Virus record (IMG/VR): IMGVR_UViG_3300044557_000281
Coordinates: 26,156-90,155 of that record
DNA length: 64,000 bases
Source of the DNA: a virus
Taxonomy: Duplodnaviria; Caudoviricetes
Strand: one strand, 5' to 3'
The notes beneath the pieces were generated by a model. That model saw only the letters and a program-made list of their open reading frames with translations, did not search any database and had not been told where the DNA came from. The number at the start of each line of letters is the position of its first letter. The first letter of the stretch is position 1. Made by a program: the position numbers and the translations under genes. Shown here piece by piece: positions 1 through 8,923 of this stretch.

Positions 1-77
1 CTATCCTAATGTTTTATGTGTAATTATGTATGATTGTTCTTACAACGCCTTAAACGGGCTTACAATGACAATAGGGG

Positions 78-332
78 CTATTTAAAGCTTGCGCTATCAT
101 CTTTATGGTACAAGTAGAAAAGTATGATAGCTAATAGTAGTAGTCCCGTGACCGTGGGAACGAACATATAATATAACAGCCAACTCACTAGAATGACTGG
201 TAAATATAGGCACACTACTAGTTTAAATAACTTTAGAAAATGACTGAAGGACTTAAAGCACCCTAGTACTGCCATGATTGCTAGGACTGCTGAAACTATT
301 GTTATATAAAAGCAGGTGACTGTTACTAGCAT
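78..332 (-). CDS. Putative small membrane protein
   Basis: 84-aa ORF with hydrophobic stretches; RBS weak. Confidence 0.45.
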   Translation of the reverse strand: MLVTVTCFYITIVSAVLAIMAVLGCFKSFSHFLKLFKLVVCLYLPVILVSWLLYYMFVPTVTGLLLLAIILFYLYHKDDSASFK

Positions 333-473
333 AATAACAACCAGCCCAATGAAATTTTCATGATAAACTACATCCCCTCTGTTAAGATCTCTAAGGCGTT
401 GTAAGCTACTCTAGTATAATTATTCCAATAGTGGCTTAGAATAGCTTACGTGACCGTTTAGAGGTACTGCAAG

Positions 474-668
474 CTATAATGCAATGATTGTGTATCCTTG
501 ACTGTCCAACTGAATATCTAATCCGTTATTTTCGTCCTTACTGCATAGGTAGCCTACTACTTGTCCCTTACTATTGATTACCTTACACGTTGAGTAGTTA
601 TTCTTCTTAATTGCCATGTTATTTTTCCACCTTTTACTAGTTTTTGTATAGGGGCGGTACTCGTTCAC
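474..668 (-). CDS. Hypothetical early protein
   Basis: Downstream of promoter 710-738 with GAGG-rich RBS. Confidence 0.6.
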   Translation of the reverse strand: MNEYRPYTKTSKRWKNNMAIKKNNYSTCKVINSKGQVVGYLCSKDENNGLDIQLDSQGYTIIAL

Positions 669-738
669 CGTTTAGGCTTAACCCTCACCCTCACCCCCTT
701 ACATTTATTATTATAGATCCTTTAACTTAGTAAGTCAA

Positions 739-1104
739 CTACTTATTTAAAAGAATTTGTTCTTCTAAAAACTTTTCTGTTTCGGTAACTTTAGCTTCAT
801 TATCTGTCATAGTAATTTCTAAGCCACTTGACCATTCGTTCAAATATGTTTCTTGAATGATAATGAACTTACGAGGTTTAGCTTTCCCGATCTTAATGCG
901 GTCAGTCCCATAAATAATGTAATTGTTTACTAATCTACCCTCATACGTTTCTACCCAACAGTTCAAGTTTTCAGCAAAGTCCTCCCAACATTTCAAGTTT
1001 TCAGCAAAGTCCACCAAACAGTTCAAGTTTTCAGCAAAGTCCACTAGTCTATTCACTGTTTCTAAGTCTGCATTGATTTTGTAATCTCTCATGATAAATT
1101 CCAC
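739..1104 (-). CDS. Hypothetical early protein with internal 10-aa repeats
   Basis: 121-aa ORF behind promoter 1147-1175; DFAENL repeated three times. Confidence 0.75.
   Translation of the reverse strand: MEFIMRDYKINADLETVNRLVDFAENLNCLVDFAENLKCWEDFAENLNCWVETYEGRLVNNYIIYGTDRIKIGKAKPRKFIIIQETYLNEWSSGLEITMTDNEAKVTETEKFLEEQILLNK
961..1045. repeat. In-frame 30-bp tandem repeat, about 3 copies
   Basis: Core TTCAAGTTTTCAGCAAAGTCC at 962, 992 and 1022. Confidence 0.95.
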
Positions 1105-1200
1105 CTTTAGTTTTATTTGTTGTTTCCTTATCTCTCTTACAAACCTAGTATAAGCTCTTTGAGCGAATAAGTCAACTACTATTTAAAAAGAATTTAAAAA

Positions 1201-1340
1201 TAATAAATAAATATTTATGGTTGTAATTGGTACCCTAGTATGGTATACTTAATTTATAAAGAGGTGGGAAACCAGATGGCACACCGAACCACGGCTATAA
1301 TGTAAGCGCTTACATTTAGGTGTTACTTCCTTGTTTGACC
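1201..1340 (+). other. Repeated counter-oriented cassette, copy 1 (promoter, RBS, short ORF, cre-like palindrome)
   Basis: TTGTAA 1221-1226, TG-n-TATACT 1244-1249, AGAGGTG, ATG 1276, TGTAAGCGCTTACA 1301-1314. Confidence 0.7.
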
Positions 1341-1504
1341 CGAACTGATTTAAAAAAAAGCCCGTGAATTTTATGAGAATTTTTTAATTTACTTCACCTT
1401 CCTTTCTAATTTTACTGACCTCACTATCCACCTTTCCCTTATAAGTTAAGTATAGCAAAGGTGGGCTAGTAAGTCAATAACTTTTATTAAGTTTTTTTAC
1501 TAAT

Positions 1505-1735
1505 TTATTTCATGTTTGCAATGTGGTTTATATTGCCTTTATACAAGAAACAATTTTCATCATTATAGGCGTTATATGGTAGCGTGTTAGGCGTCCCGCT
1601 TGCTGTTCCTTGTGCTGTTAGTGTTCCCGCTTCCTTGTTGTTACTGATAATAATTTCAATATAGCCAAACATTTCCGATTGAATGACGTCCCCAGCTGTC
1701 AGTATGTTAATGTTATTTTTATTTATTTTATACAT
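1505..1735 (-). CDS. Hypothetical early protein
   Basis: 76-aa ORF in the early gene run. Confidence 0.6.
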   Translation of the reverse strand: MYKINKNNINILTAGDVIQSEMFGYIEIIISNNKEAGTLTAQGTASGTPNTLPYNAYNDENCFLYKGNINHIANMK

Positions 1736-1796
1736 AGTATTTTCCCCCAGTAAGTCCTAGCTACCTCTCACGATAGCTAGGCTAGTTTATTAGTTG

Positions 1797-2366
1797 TTAT
1801 TGTAATGCACTTGCGGCAACTTCTTCATAGCCGGCAGATGGTTCACGGAAAGCGGTATATATAAGTTCTTCTTTGTCGTAGTCGTAATAGTAGCCAACAA
1901 CTTCCATTTCAGTGCCATCTTTTAATGTTATGTTAAACTCTTCCGCATTGTTTACCGCGTCCATAGCGCGATCTAATTCAGGAATACCTGTAATCACATG
2001 CTCAAAGTCAACGCTTGCCCAGTTATCAATAATTTCAGTTTCATTGTCTAACAGCTTTTGTTCATAGTCGTAATTGTTAATACTACAAATGTCCATGTTA
2101 TCACTAATGTAAAAATAGTCGTCTGACCATCTAAAGTCGCTGTCTAAATTGCTTACAATATCGCTAGGTGAGTAACTTTGTAAAGCACCGTTAAATGCTT
2201 CATTGTCTAAATCCATCACCGCATAATCTTCCAGTGACCTATTATGGCATGTTAAGTCACTGATAATAGCTTTAAATAGCGCAACTTTTTCGTCATTGCT
2301 TGCCCGTTTTACATAAGTAGTTACGGCTTCCGATAAACTGTCAAATCCAGTATTTAATGTTTTCAT
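1797..2366 (-). CDS. Acidic hypothetical early protein
   Basis: 189-aa ORF, AAGGAGAG RBS, promoter 2430-2458. Confidence 0.8.
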   Translation of the reverse strand: MKTLNTGFDSLSEAVTTYVKRASNDEKVALFKAIISDLTCHNRSLEDYAVMDLDNEAFNGALQSYSPSDIVSNLDSDFRWSDDYFYISDNMDICSINNYDYEQKLLDNETEIIDNWASVDFEHVITGIPELDRAMDAVNNAEEFNITLKDGTEMEVVGYYYDYDKEELIYTAFREPSAGYEEVAASALQ

Positions 2367-2470
2367 GATAATTTCTCTCCTTGTAGGGGTCGAACCTTAT
2401 TGCCCGTACCCCTTATCTCTTACAAACCTAGTATAAGCTCTTTGAGCGAATAAGTCAACTACTATTCTAA

Positions 2471-2665
2471 CTAATTTTTAAAATAATTATTTGCTTCATA
2501 ATCTGCTAAGGCTAACTCTAAACTGTCGTAGCTGTCAAAGTATTCCGTATGAAAGTCCCCATTGTCTGCATAGTCCTTAACTAACAAGTGGTAGTAAGTT
2601 TCTTCCGTCCCATCAGTTTGTACCACTTGAATGCTGTCGTTTTCCCAGATAGTTGTATTTGTCAT
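2471..2665 (-). CDS. Acidic hypothetical early protein
   Basis: 64-aa ORF, GGGAG RBS, promoter 2697-2725. Confidence 0.75.
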   Translation of the reverse strand: MTNTTIWENDSIQVVQTDGTEETYYHLLVKDYADNGDFHTEYFDSYDSLELALADYEANNYFKN

Positions 2666-2840
2666 TTTTATTACTCCCTTTCTTTCTTACAAGTTCATTG
2701 TACCATTGTTTAATCAGTATTGCAAGCACTAGTTTCAATTCTTTTAAAACTTTTTTATTGGCTGCCCCCTTTCCCTTACAAACCTACTATAGCATTATCT
2801 AATTAGTAACACAATCATTTATCTAAAAGAATTTAAAGAA

Positions 2841-2980
2841 AATAAATAAATATTTATGGTTGTAATTGGTACCCTAATATGGTATACTTAATTTATAAAG
2901 AGGTGAATACCAGATGAAACGCCAACCCAACGATATAATGAAAGCGCTTACATTTAAGTGTTACTCCCTTGTTTAGTGTC
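2841..2980 (+). other. Repeated counter-oriented cassette, copy 2
   Basis: TTGTAA 2860-2865, TATACT 2883-2888, AGAGGTG, ORF 2914-2976 (MKRQPNDIMKALTFKCYSLV), TGAAAGCGCTTACA 2939-2952. Confidence 0.7.
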
Positions 2981-3217
2981 TGGATTTTTAAAAAAGTCCC
3001 ACACACTTTTTGCAGCATTTTAATTATTTTCTCATTCCTTTCTAATTTTTATTTTTACCTGCCCTCCTTACAATTCTTATTATACACTTGTTAACTTAGT
3101 AAAGCAAGCACTATTTTAAAAGAATTTTGAAAGAGTGCTAACTTAATAACACTCTTTCATTCCTTTTAATCCGCTGTTACACTAGTAAAGACAACGCCAT
3201 TTTCTGTTAAGTAATCC

Positions 3218-3841
3218 TTAACGCTTTTTGCGGATAGGTGTAATCAAATAAGTGAAGTCAATGCTTGATACTACGAATGGCTTAGTAACCGTTGAGTAAT
3301 TAAATTCAATTGTTTCCCGTGTACAATCGGATAAGTAGTCACAAACAAAAGCAAAGCAATCTCTTAAATATTCACAATTACAAAGAATAGCGGTATGGTT
3401 AACAATCTCACTACTACTAACAGCTAACTCGATAGATACGGGACTAGTAATCACACTAGACTTATTTTCTTGGAACCCGATTGTCATTTTATCTTTGTCA
3501 ATCGTAAGTACCGCTATGCTTTTCTTAAAGCTAGTCAAAATTTTAACGTTATCTTTAGAAAAAGCGTTACGTATTAAATGCACTCTATTCGATTGATTTG
3601 TTTCGATAGCACCCTCTATAATTCTATCAGTTGCAGGATAACGCCCGTCAATTTCTTGCATAGTGTTAATATTAAGCACCATATCGTTTTTAATTTCCCC
3701 AATAAAATCAGTTTCTAGCATACGGTAACTGTCAGTAGCAACGAGCTTATTACGGTCGGCTTGGAAATGCACGCCACCTAAAATCGGGCGTGAGTCTGTT
3801 TTCTTAGTGATTGCAGTAAAGTGTTTGTTTAAATTTTTCAT
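3218..3841 (-). CDS. DNA polymerase III beta-clamp-like protein (partial DnaN fold)
   Basis: SRPILGGVHF...LVATDSYRM resembles the DnaN middle-domain motif; 207 aa. Confidence 0.6.
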   Translation of the reverse strand: MKNLNKHFTAITKKTDSRPILGGVHFQADRNKLVATDSYRMLETDFIGEIKNDMVLNINTMQEIDGRYPATDRIIEGAIETNQSNRVHLIRNAFSKDNVKILTSFKKSIAVLTIDKDKMTIGFQENKSSVITSPVSIELAVSSSEIVNHTAILCNCEYLRDCFAFVCDYLSDCTRETIEFNYSTVTKPFVVSSIDFTYLITPIRKKR

Positions 3842-4122
3842 GGTATTTTCTCCTTATGAGGTCAAGCCTTATTGCCAGTACCTCGTATCTCTTACAAGTT
3901 CATTGTAACAAAGTTAATTAAGTAAGTCAACTACTAATTTCAATTCTTTTAAAACTTTCTTACCAGTTAACTTCTTGCTTATCTCTCTTACAAAACCTAG
4001 TATACACGCACTCTATTCCTAAGTCAACAACTAAATACAGTATTTTTCAAATTAATTTAAACCTTCATTTTTCTATTTATATAGTAGAAACACGACTATT
4101 TTAATTAATTTAAATAAACCTA

Positions 4123-4151
4123 TTGCAATTTCATACCCAATCAACTATACT
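4123..4151 (+). promoter_or_regulatory. Sigma-A promoter for two plus-strand genes
   Basis: TTGCAA-17-TATACT, then AAAGGAAG RBS. Confidence 0.75.
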
Positions 4152-4181
4152 AAATCTATCAAAGAAAGGAAGTAACATACC

Positions 4182-4385
4182 ATGACAAAACAAAACATAT
4201 TTCGAACAAAAGTAGTAAGCACCCTATACACACTCTATCTAATCATAGACACGCTTTATAAGCTGTTTAATAAAGAATGCCACAATCAGTCCCCAACCTA
4301 TGTAAAGCGTCGTAAACGAGCTTATACAGCCTTATGGTTACTCTTAAGCCTAGTAGCTGCCCTAATCTTAAAAGCAATCTTATGA
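4182..4385 (+). CDS. Small membrane protein
   Basis: 67 aa with a C-terminal hydrophobic helix; own promoter and RBS. Confidence 0.7.
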   Translation: MTKQNIFRTKVVSTLYTLYLIIDTLYKLFNKECHNQSPTYVKRRKRAYTALWLLLSLVAALILKAIL

Positions 4386-4558
4386 AATTGTGGGGATTCC
4401 CTGATACAACTATCTATGATTCAATTGTACTGATTTCGTTATATTACAAAGGCTTAGAGTTAGTACAAATTAATCAATTAGATAAGAGTATTACCATTTA
4501 CGACAGTGCAGACTGTTATAAACCAATGATTAAAAAGTTCTTAGAATTATATCAATAG
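4382..4558 (+). CDS. Hypothetical protein
   Basis: ATGA overlap with the previous stop suggests a start at 4382 (58 aa). Confidence 0.6.
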   Translation: MKLWGFPDTTIYDSIVLISLYYKGLELVQINQLDKSITIYDSADCYKPMIKKFLELYQ

Positions 4559-4570
4559 ACTTGACAAAGG

Positions 4571-4597
4571 GAAAGAAGTGTGAAAGCTTCTTTTCTT
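4571..4597 (+). terminator. Putative intrinsic terminator
   Basis: GAAAGAAG...CTTCTTTTC hairpin after the plus-strand pair. Confidence 0.5.
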
Positions 4598-4634
4598 CAG
4601 TCCCTAGTTCATTCAGCCAGCAGTCCCACGGATT

Positions 4635-4725
4635 CATGACAGCTACTACTCCTAATCCATGACAGCTACTACTCCTAATCCATGACAGCTACTACCCCTA
4701 ATCCATGACAGCTACTACCTAAATC
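4635..4725. repeat. 23-bp tandem repeat x4
   Basis: CATGACAGCTACTACTCCTAATC at 4635, 4658, 4681, 4704 (last two degenerate). Confidence 0.95.
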
Positions 4726-5249
4726 AATTCATTCCTACCTGTAAGCTCATATAAGGCGTTCTAATGTTATCTAATGTAATTAACCCACACTATCCCCTAA
4801 ACCGCTTAGAACGCAAACTAGACCCCTTGTAGGTCATTCTAACGATAGTACATCCCTAAACTGTATACCCTGAATAGCCCATACTCTTATTACTTCATGA
4901 CACTTACTATATAGCCAATGCCACCAGTAAGCTAAACACCCTACAAGTACACTGTAAGCCCACACAATCCGTTCTAAGCTATTGTAACCCTATTCTAGCA
5001 TAATTACACCTCATAACTCTAAAACCTCTTAGAACGCAAATGAGAGCCTTATAAGCCTATACACAACATAATAGTATAATCATACTCTAGTTCACAATAC
5101 CTCTAGGAGGCTCTGTAAGCCGTTCTAAGCCATTGTAAGTATAGGAAGTAACAACTACACTAGTCAATCTAACCAATACACTCATCCCCCTGCATAGTCT
5201 AATAGGGATGTCCTCTAATAATTGTATAGGGGATAACTACTAACCTACA

Positions 5250-5395
5250 GTCTATCCTAACCTTATACCCTAAGCCTATCCTAATTCAATCTATCCTAAG
5301 CCTATCCTAATTCAATCTATCCTATCTTGAATGGACACACCCTTATCCTAAGTCTTATCCTATCTAGTAGTTTATCCTAACTATCCTATCCTAAT
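5250..5395. repeat. TATCCTA-rich degenerate repeat tract
   Basis: About ten TATCCTA words, including AAGCCTATCCTAATTCAATCTATCCTA twice. Confidence 0.85.
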
Positions 5396-5587
5396 TCCAC
5401 TGTAAATTAGAAAATGTATAAAATGTATAAAATAACATCCACATTTAGAAAAAGTCGTGAGTTTCCCCTAGGGAGAAAGTTCATTTCACCTCTTACAAAG
5501 CCCGGTAAATCAACATTCCTGTTTTTACCATATTTTTCATAAAAATGTATAAAATAACTAAAAACTTGCATAAAACACCCAAAACAC

Positions 5588-5640
5588 CCTAAATCTACCT
5601 AAATCTACCTAAATCTACCTAAATCTACCTAAATCTACCC
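5588..5640. repeat. 10-bp tandem repeat CCTAAATCTA x5
   Basis: Read directly from the sequence. Confidence 0.95.
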
Positions 5641-6061
5641 TAAAATAGCCCTCACCTCCCCCCTATGTAAAATGGACATTTTCCCTGTGGGTAAATCAGA
5701 ATAACACTAACTCACTCTGATTGGTGTACTATTGGTACAGTAATTCACGGGGAAACAGTAAGAGTAACCTGAATGGTTAAACCCTAATGCTTTAATCAAC
5801 TTGTACATACAAGTAAAGGGATGTCCTAAGACCATCCCCCTACTCTATGACATACCGTATAATAACCTTTACCTCATTCAATACCCCTACATAGTCTATC
5901 CCTACAATCCTACCCCCTGTAAAGTCATTGACTACCTTATTCAACTTCACACTAAGAGTAACCTCATTCATCCCACTTACATTAGGTATAGTAGTAACAT
6001 AATGATTGATATATTCCAAAACTAGCCACCTCCTTTCTCCTACAATTTTCAGGTACCCTTT

Positions 6062-6550
6062 TTATAAAAATACATTCTTCCCTACTTTATTAAATCCATC
6101 AAAGTGACGGACTATGGTAAAGTAATCATCTAAGTCCCAGTGTACCTGTGTAATTCCCTGCAATGCTTCTGTATACCTATGAATAGCCAGTACATACTCC
6201 CCTAAGTCCCTATACAAGTGTTCCATTGTGTCCCAGTGGTCAATACTGGCTACTGTATAGTCCCTCTCTAAGTGACCGTTAACAACCACTCGTTCTAACT
6301 CTAAATCAACCCTACTTATCTCAATCACCTTACGGTCATTGTCCACATACGTATAAGGGATAATAGCTAATAGACTACGTTCATTCATGAAAACATAGTT
6401 CATATCCATTACTAACAGTCCATCTATTACTTCCCCTGTACGGTCATAGGCAGGTTCTACGTCCTCATACCAAGGGAATTCAAAAGTAGCCTTAAATTGT
6501 TCCTTATTCATTGTCCAGTTATTCCTATATAATTCTAGTGATTGTGTCAT
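6062..6550 (-). CDS. Hypothetical early protein
   Basis: 162 aa, GGAGG RBS, promoter 6582-6610. Confidence 0.8.
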   Translation of the reverse strand: MTQSLELYRNNWTMNKEQFKATFEFPWYEDVEPAYDRTGEVIDGLLVMDMNYVFMNERSLLAIIPYTYVDNDRKVIEISRVDLELERVVVNGHLERDYTVASIDHWDTMEHLYRDLGEYVLAIHRYTEALQGITQVHWDLDDYFTIVRHFDGFNKVGKNVFL

Positions 6551-6649
6551 AGTAACTTCCTCCTTAACTTTCTATAAACCTAGTATACTATACACTGATT
6601 AGCCTGTCAACCATTATCACTTAATTAGTACATTAAACTTTGATTAGTA

Positions 6650-6960
6650 TAAGTAGTATAGGGATAGTAAGGTTGACTGCTGTGCTGGTAGGGGGTACTG
6701 GTTAAGAGTATAGGAAGCCGTATAAGAGGTTTGAATAGGTTAGAGGGATGATTAGTAGTATAGAGAGTAAGTTACCAGTAAGCCTTGTCAGGGACAGTAT
6801 AGGGGCATAGTAGGTTAAAGGATGAGTATAGGGGAACTAGTATCGGTTACTAGGTGGACTGGTAGTGAGAAGTATAGGGGATAGTTATGAGTATTTATTA
6901 TTGTTACAAATGCAACATAATTATGTAGGCTAGGGGGGATATATAGAGGGGATGTTGTGA
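6650..6960 (+). repeat. G-rich noncoding tract with GTATAGGG(G) words
   Basis: Motif near 6657, 6797, 6826, 6872; strong plus-strand G excess. Confidence 0.7.
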
Positions 6961-6989
6961 ATCTGGGGCTACAGTTTTTTTTTTTATTT

Positions 6990-7596
6990 GATTAAATTTT
7001 ATTTTGATGGTCATGGGTTGACTCATATTAATTATCCCTTTCTTTGATTTTCAACATATCGTTTAATTGTTTGACTAGATACGTTCCCAGCTGTTGATAC
7101 GAAATAACTACGTACCCATAAACTAGGCATTGCCTTTAGTTCTGAAAATTCATCACGTAACTGCCTTGATGTCCCTCCTTTAATTTTAGCCATTATATCA
7201 GCAGGACTATAAGTTGGTAGTGCATTTATGAAAAGATGACAGTGGTCTTTATCGGTTTCTAATGCCACTATGTTAAAGTCATATTTTTGAGCAATTTGAC
7301 CTACCAATTCTTTAAACCTAGCATCTAAATGTTTATTAAAAAATATTTTACGTCTGTATCTGGGGCAAAACACAAAATGATAGTTGATTAAACTTACGGT
7401 TGTTTTAGTTCTTCTGTACTCTTCCATGATTCAATGTTAACATGGAAATATATGTTAGTCAATAGCACATACATCAATTGTTGAAAAAAGGATAGTGAAA
7501 ATTTGGCTCTTCGATTTCTCTAAAAGAGAAACCTTGTCACCACTTCACTACCATCCCACGATTAAAACCGTGGGCTTTCCCGTTCAGGTAATTCTG
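6990..7596 (-). mobile_element. Truncated IS200/IS605 element (left end, tnpA, tnpB stub)
   Basis: Left-end hairpin CCCACGGTTTTAATCGTGGG (7555-7574); tnpA; MSQPMTIKIKF stub from 7026 runs into a homopolymer; no right end seen. Confidence 0.75.
7032..7427 (-). CDS. tnpA: IS200/IS605 Y1 HUH transposase
   Basis: [16 protein letters not shown] (HUH), WVRSYFVST and the C-terminal YVENQ helix. Confidence 0.95.
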   Translation of the reverse strand: MEEYRRTKTTVSLINYHFVFCPRYRRKIFFNKHLDARFKELVGQIAQKYDFNIVALETDKDHCHLFINALPTYSPADIMAKIKGGTSRQLRDEFSELKAMPSLWVRSYFVSTAGNVSSQTIKRYVENQRKG

Positions 7597-7705
7597 TAAC
7601 CTCTTTTTATTTTCTCTAAAATATTAACTACTTTCCGAATCTCGACTCTAATACCACAAAGGTTCAAGGATATAGAGATTAAAGCAATAAATATTAGAAA
7701 TTCCA

Positions 7706-7903
7706 TCACTCTTCCTCCCATTTCAACACAACGTCTCCTTCTTTTTCATACGTATCTAACCATCGCTGCTTACCATCGGAAAAGATACATAACCTTAACG
7801 GATAACCCATTTCATCAAATTGGATTACATTTGAACGTATTTTTATTCTTGGTATATCCTTCTTTTTGAAGAACATCACTCTTCCTCCTGTTCCATTCCG
7901 CAA
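7706..7903 (-). CDS. Hypothetical phage protein
   Basis: Coupled ORF; likely start at MFFKK. Confidence 0.6.
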   Translation of the reverse strand: MRNGTGGRVMFFKKKDIPRIKIRSNVIQFDEMGYPLRLCIFSDGKQRWLDTYEKEGDVVLKWEEE

Positions 7904-8171
7904 ATGCAGTGAGGACTTGGTATTGTTCTTTAGTCAGTATATCAGATATCTCCTCATTTTCCATTATGCGCCAAATTGTAAAAAATGGGTCCCAACCGTC
8001 TTGGTCTACTTTCAATACTTCCAAAACTGTCCGCTGGTTGTCGTTGAGAGAGACTACTGGCTTCAAAATTTCTCTAACCTTTTCTAATGTATTTTCTGCC
8101 GTATCAACTCCTGCACTATACATATCTAAAATAAATTTAATACCAATAAGTGTTTCTTCTGCTTTAGTCAT
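7815..8171 (-). CDS. DUF1642-like phage protein
   Basis: LNDNQRTVL...QVLTAFAEW motif shared with 11232-11639. Confidence 0.6.
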   Translation of the reverse strand: MTKAEETLIGIKFILDMYSAGVDTAENTLEKVREILKPVVSLNDNQRTVLEVLKVDQDGWDPFFTIWRIMENEEISDILTKEQYQVLTAFAEWNRRKSDVLQKEGYTKNKNTFKCNPI

Positions 8172-8848
8172 TCCGCTACCTCCTGATTTTCTATTCGTTC
8201 TTTTGCAATGTCAAAATACTTTTGATCCAACTCCATGCCTATAAAGTTACGGTTATCATTTAAACAAGCGATACCAGTTGTGCCACTACCCATGAATGGG
8301 TCTAAGACTAAGTCACCTTCGGCACTACTCGCAGATACTAAATACTCAAACAATGATAGACTTTTTTGTGTAGGGTGAATCTTCCCTCTCTCCGTAGGAA
8401 ATTCCCATACGGAAGATTTAGTTTTAGCATAAAATTTTGTTTTTCTACGCTTTGCAAAAATACAATTTTCCATTGACGACAACCACATGTGCTGACCATT
8501 CATCGGAGAAGGGTTAGTTTTCTTCCAAGCACATTGTCGTACCATGAAATCTTTATGCGCATTAAAATATGAGTAGATATGCGATACTTGTTCAATGCCA
8601 CAGAAGATATAAATTCCTCCGTTTGAAACTCTACTTAACTCAATTAATAACTCGTCTATATCAAAATTAATTTTATCAGCGTTTCCTTTGTCAATATTTC
8701 TTAGTTGACCAGCGTACCTAGCTCTCTCTGCTCCCATCTTATTTACCTCTCCATACGGGATGTCTGTTAAAATCATATCAATACTTTTATCAGGTACATT
8801 TTTCATCAGTTCCAAGCAATCACCTTGCAATAATTTCATTTCGCTCAT
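8168..8848 (-). CDS. DNA amino-methyltransferase (N6-A/N4-C, beta class)
   Basis: TDIPY precedes HPTQK and DPFMGSGTTG. Confidence 0.9.
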   Translation of the reverse strand: MSEMKLLQGDCLELMKNVPDKSIDMILTDIPYGEVNKMGAERARYAGQLRNIDKGNADKINFDIDELLIELSRVSNGGIYIFCGIEQVSHIYSYFNAHKDFMVRQCAWKKTNPSPMNGQHMWLSSMENCIFAKRRKTKFYAKTKSSVWEFPTERGKIHPTQKSLSLFEYLVSASSAEGDLVLDPFMGSGTTGIACLNDNRNFIGMELDQKYFDIAKERIENQEVAE

Positions 8849-8923
8849 TTAATTCACTAAGGAGTAAAGTATACTTTAATCGGTGGCCACCAAACCTCCA
8901 CTCCTTTCGCTTATTTAGTTATT

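Larger units (their letters stand above)
710..6610 (-). promoter_or_regulatory. Array of sigma-A-type early promoters
   Basis: TTG(ACT/ACA/CAA/CTT)-17 nt-TA(TACT/TAAT/CAAT) on the minus strand at 710-738, 1147-1175, 1449-1477, 2430-2458, 2697-2725, 3079-3107, 3902-3930, 3999-4027, 6582-6610. Confidence 0.85.

Noticed and set aside
4635-4725. CRISPR array
   Set aside because: The 23-bp units are directly adjacent with no spacers, and no cas genes are present.
5801-6025. 74-aa plus-strand ORF
   Set aside because: Tyr/Pro/Ile composition follows from the skewed low-complexity DNA; no clear RBS.
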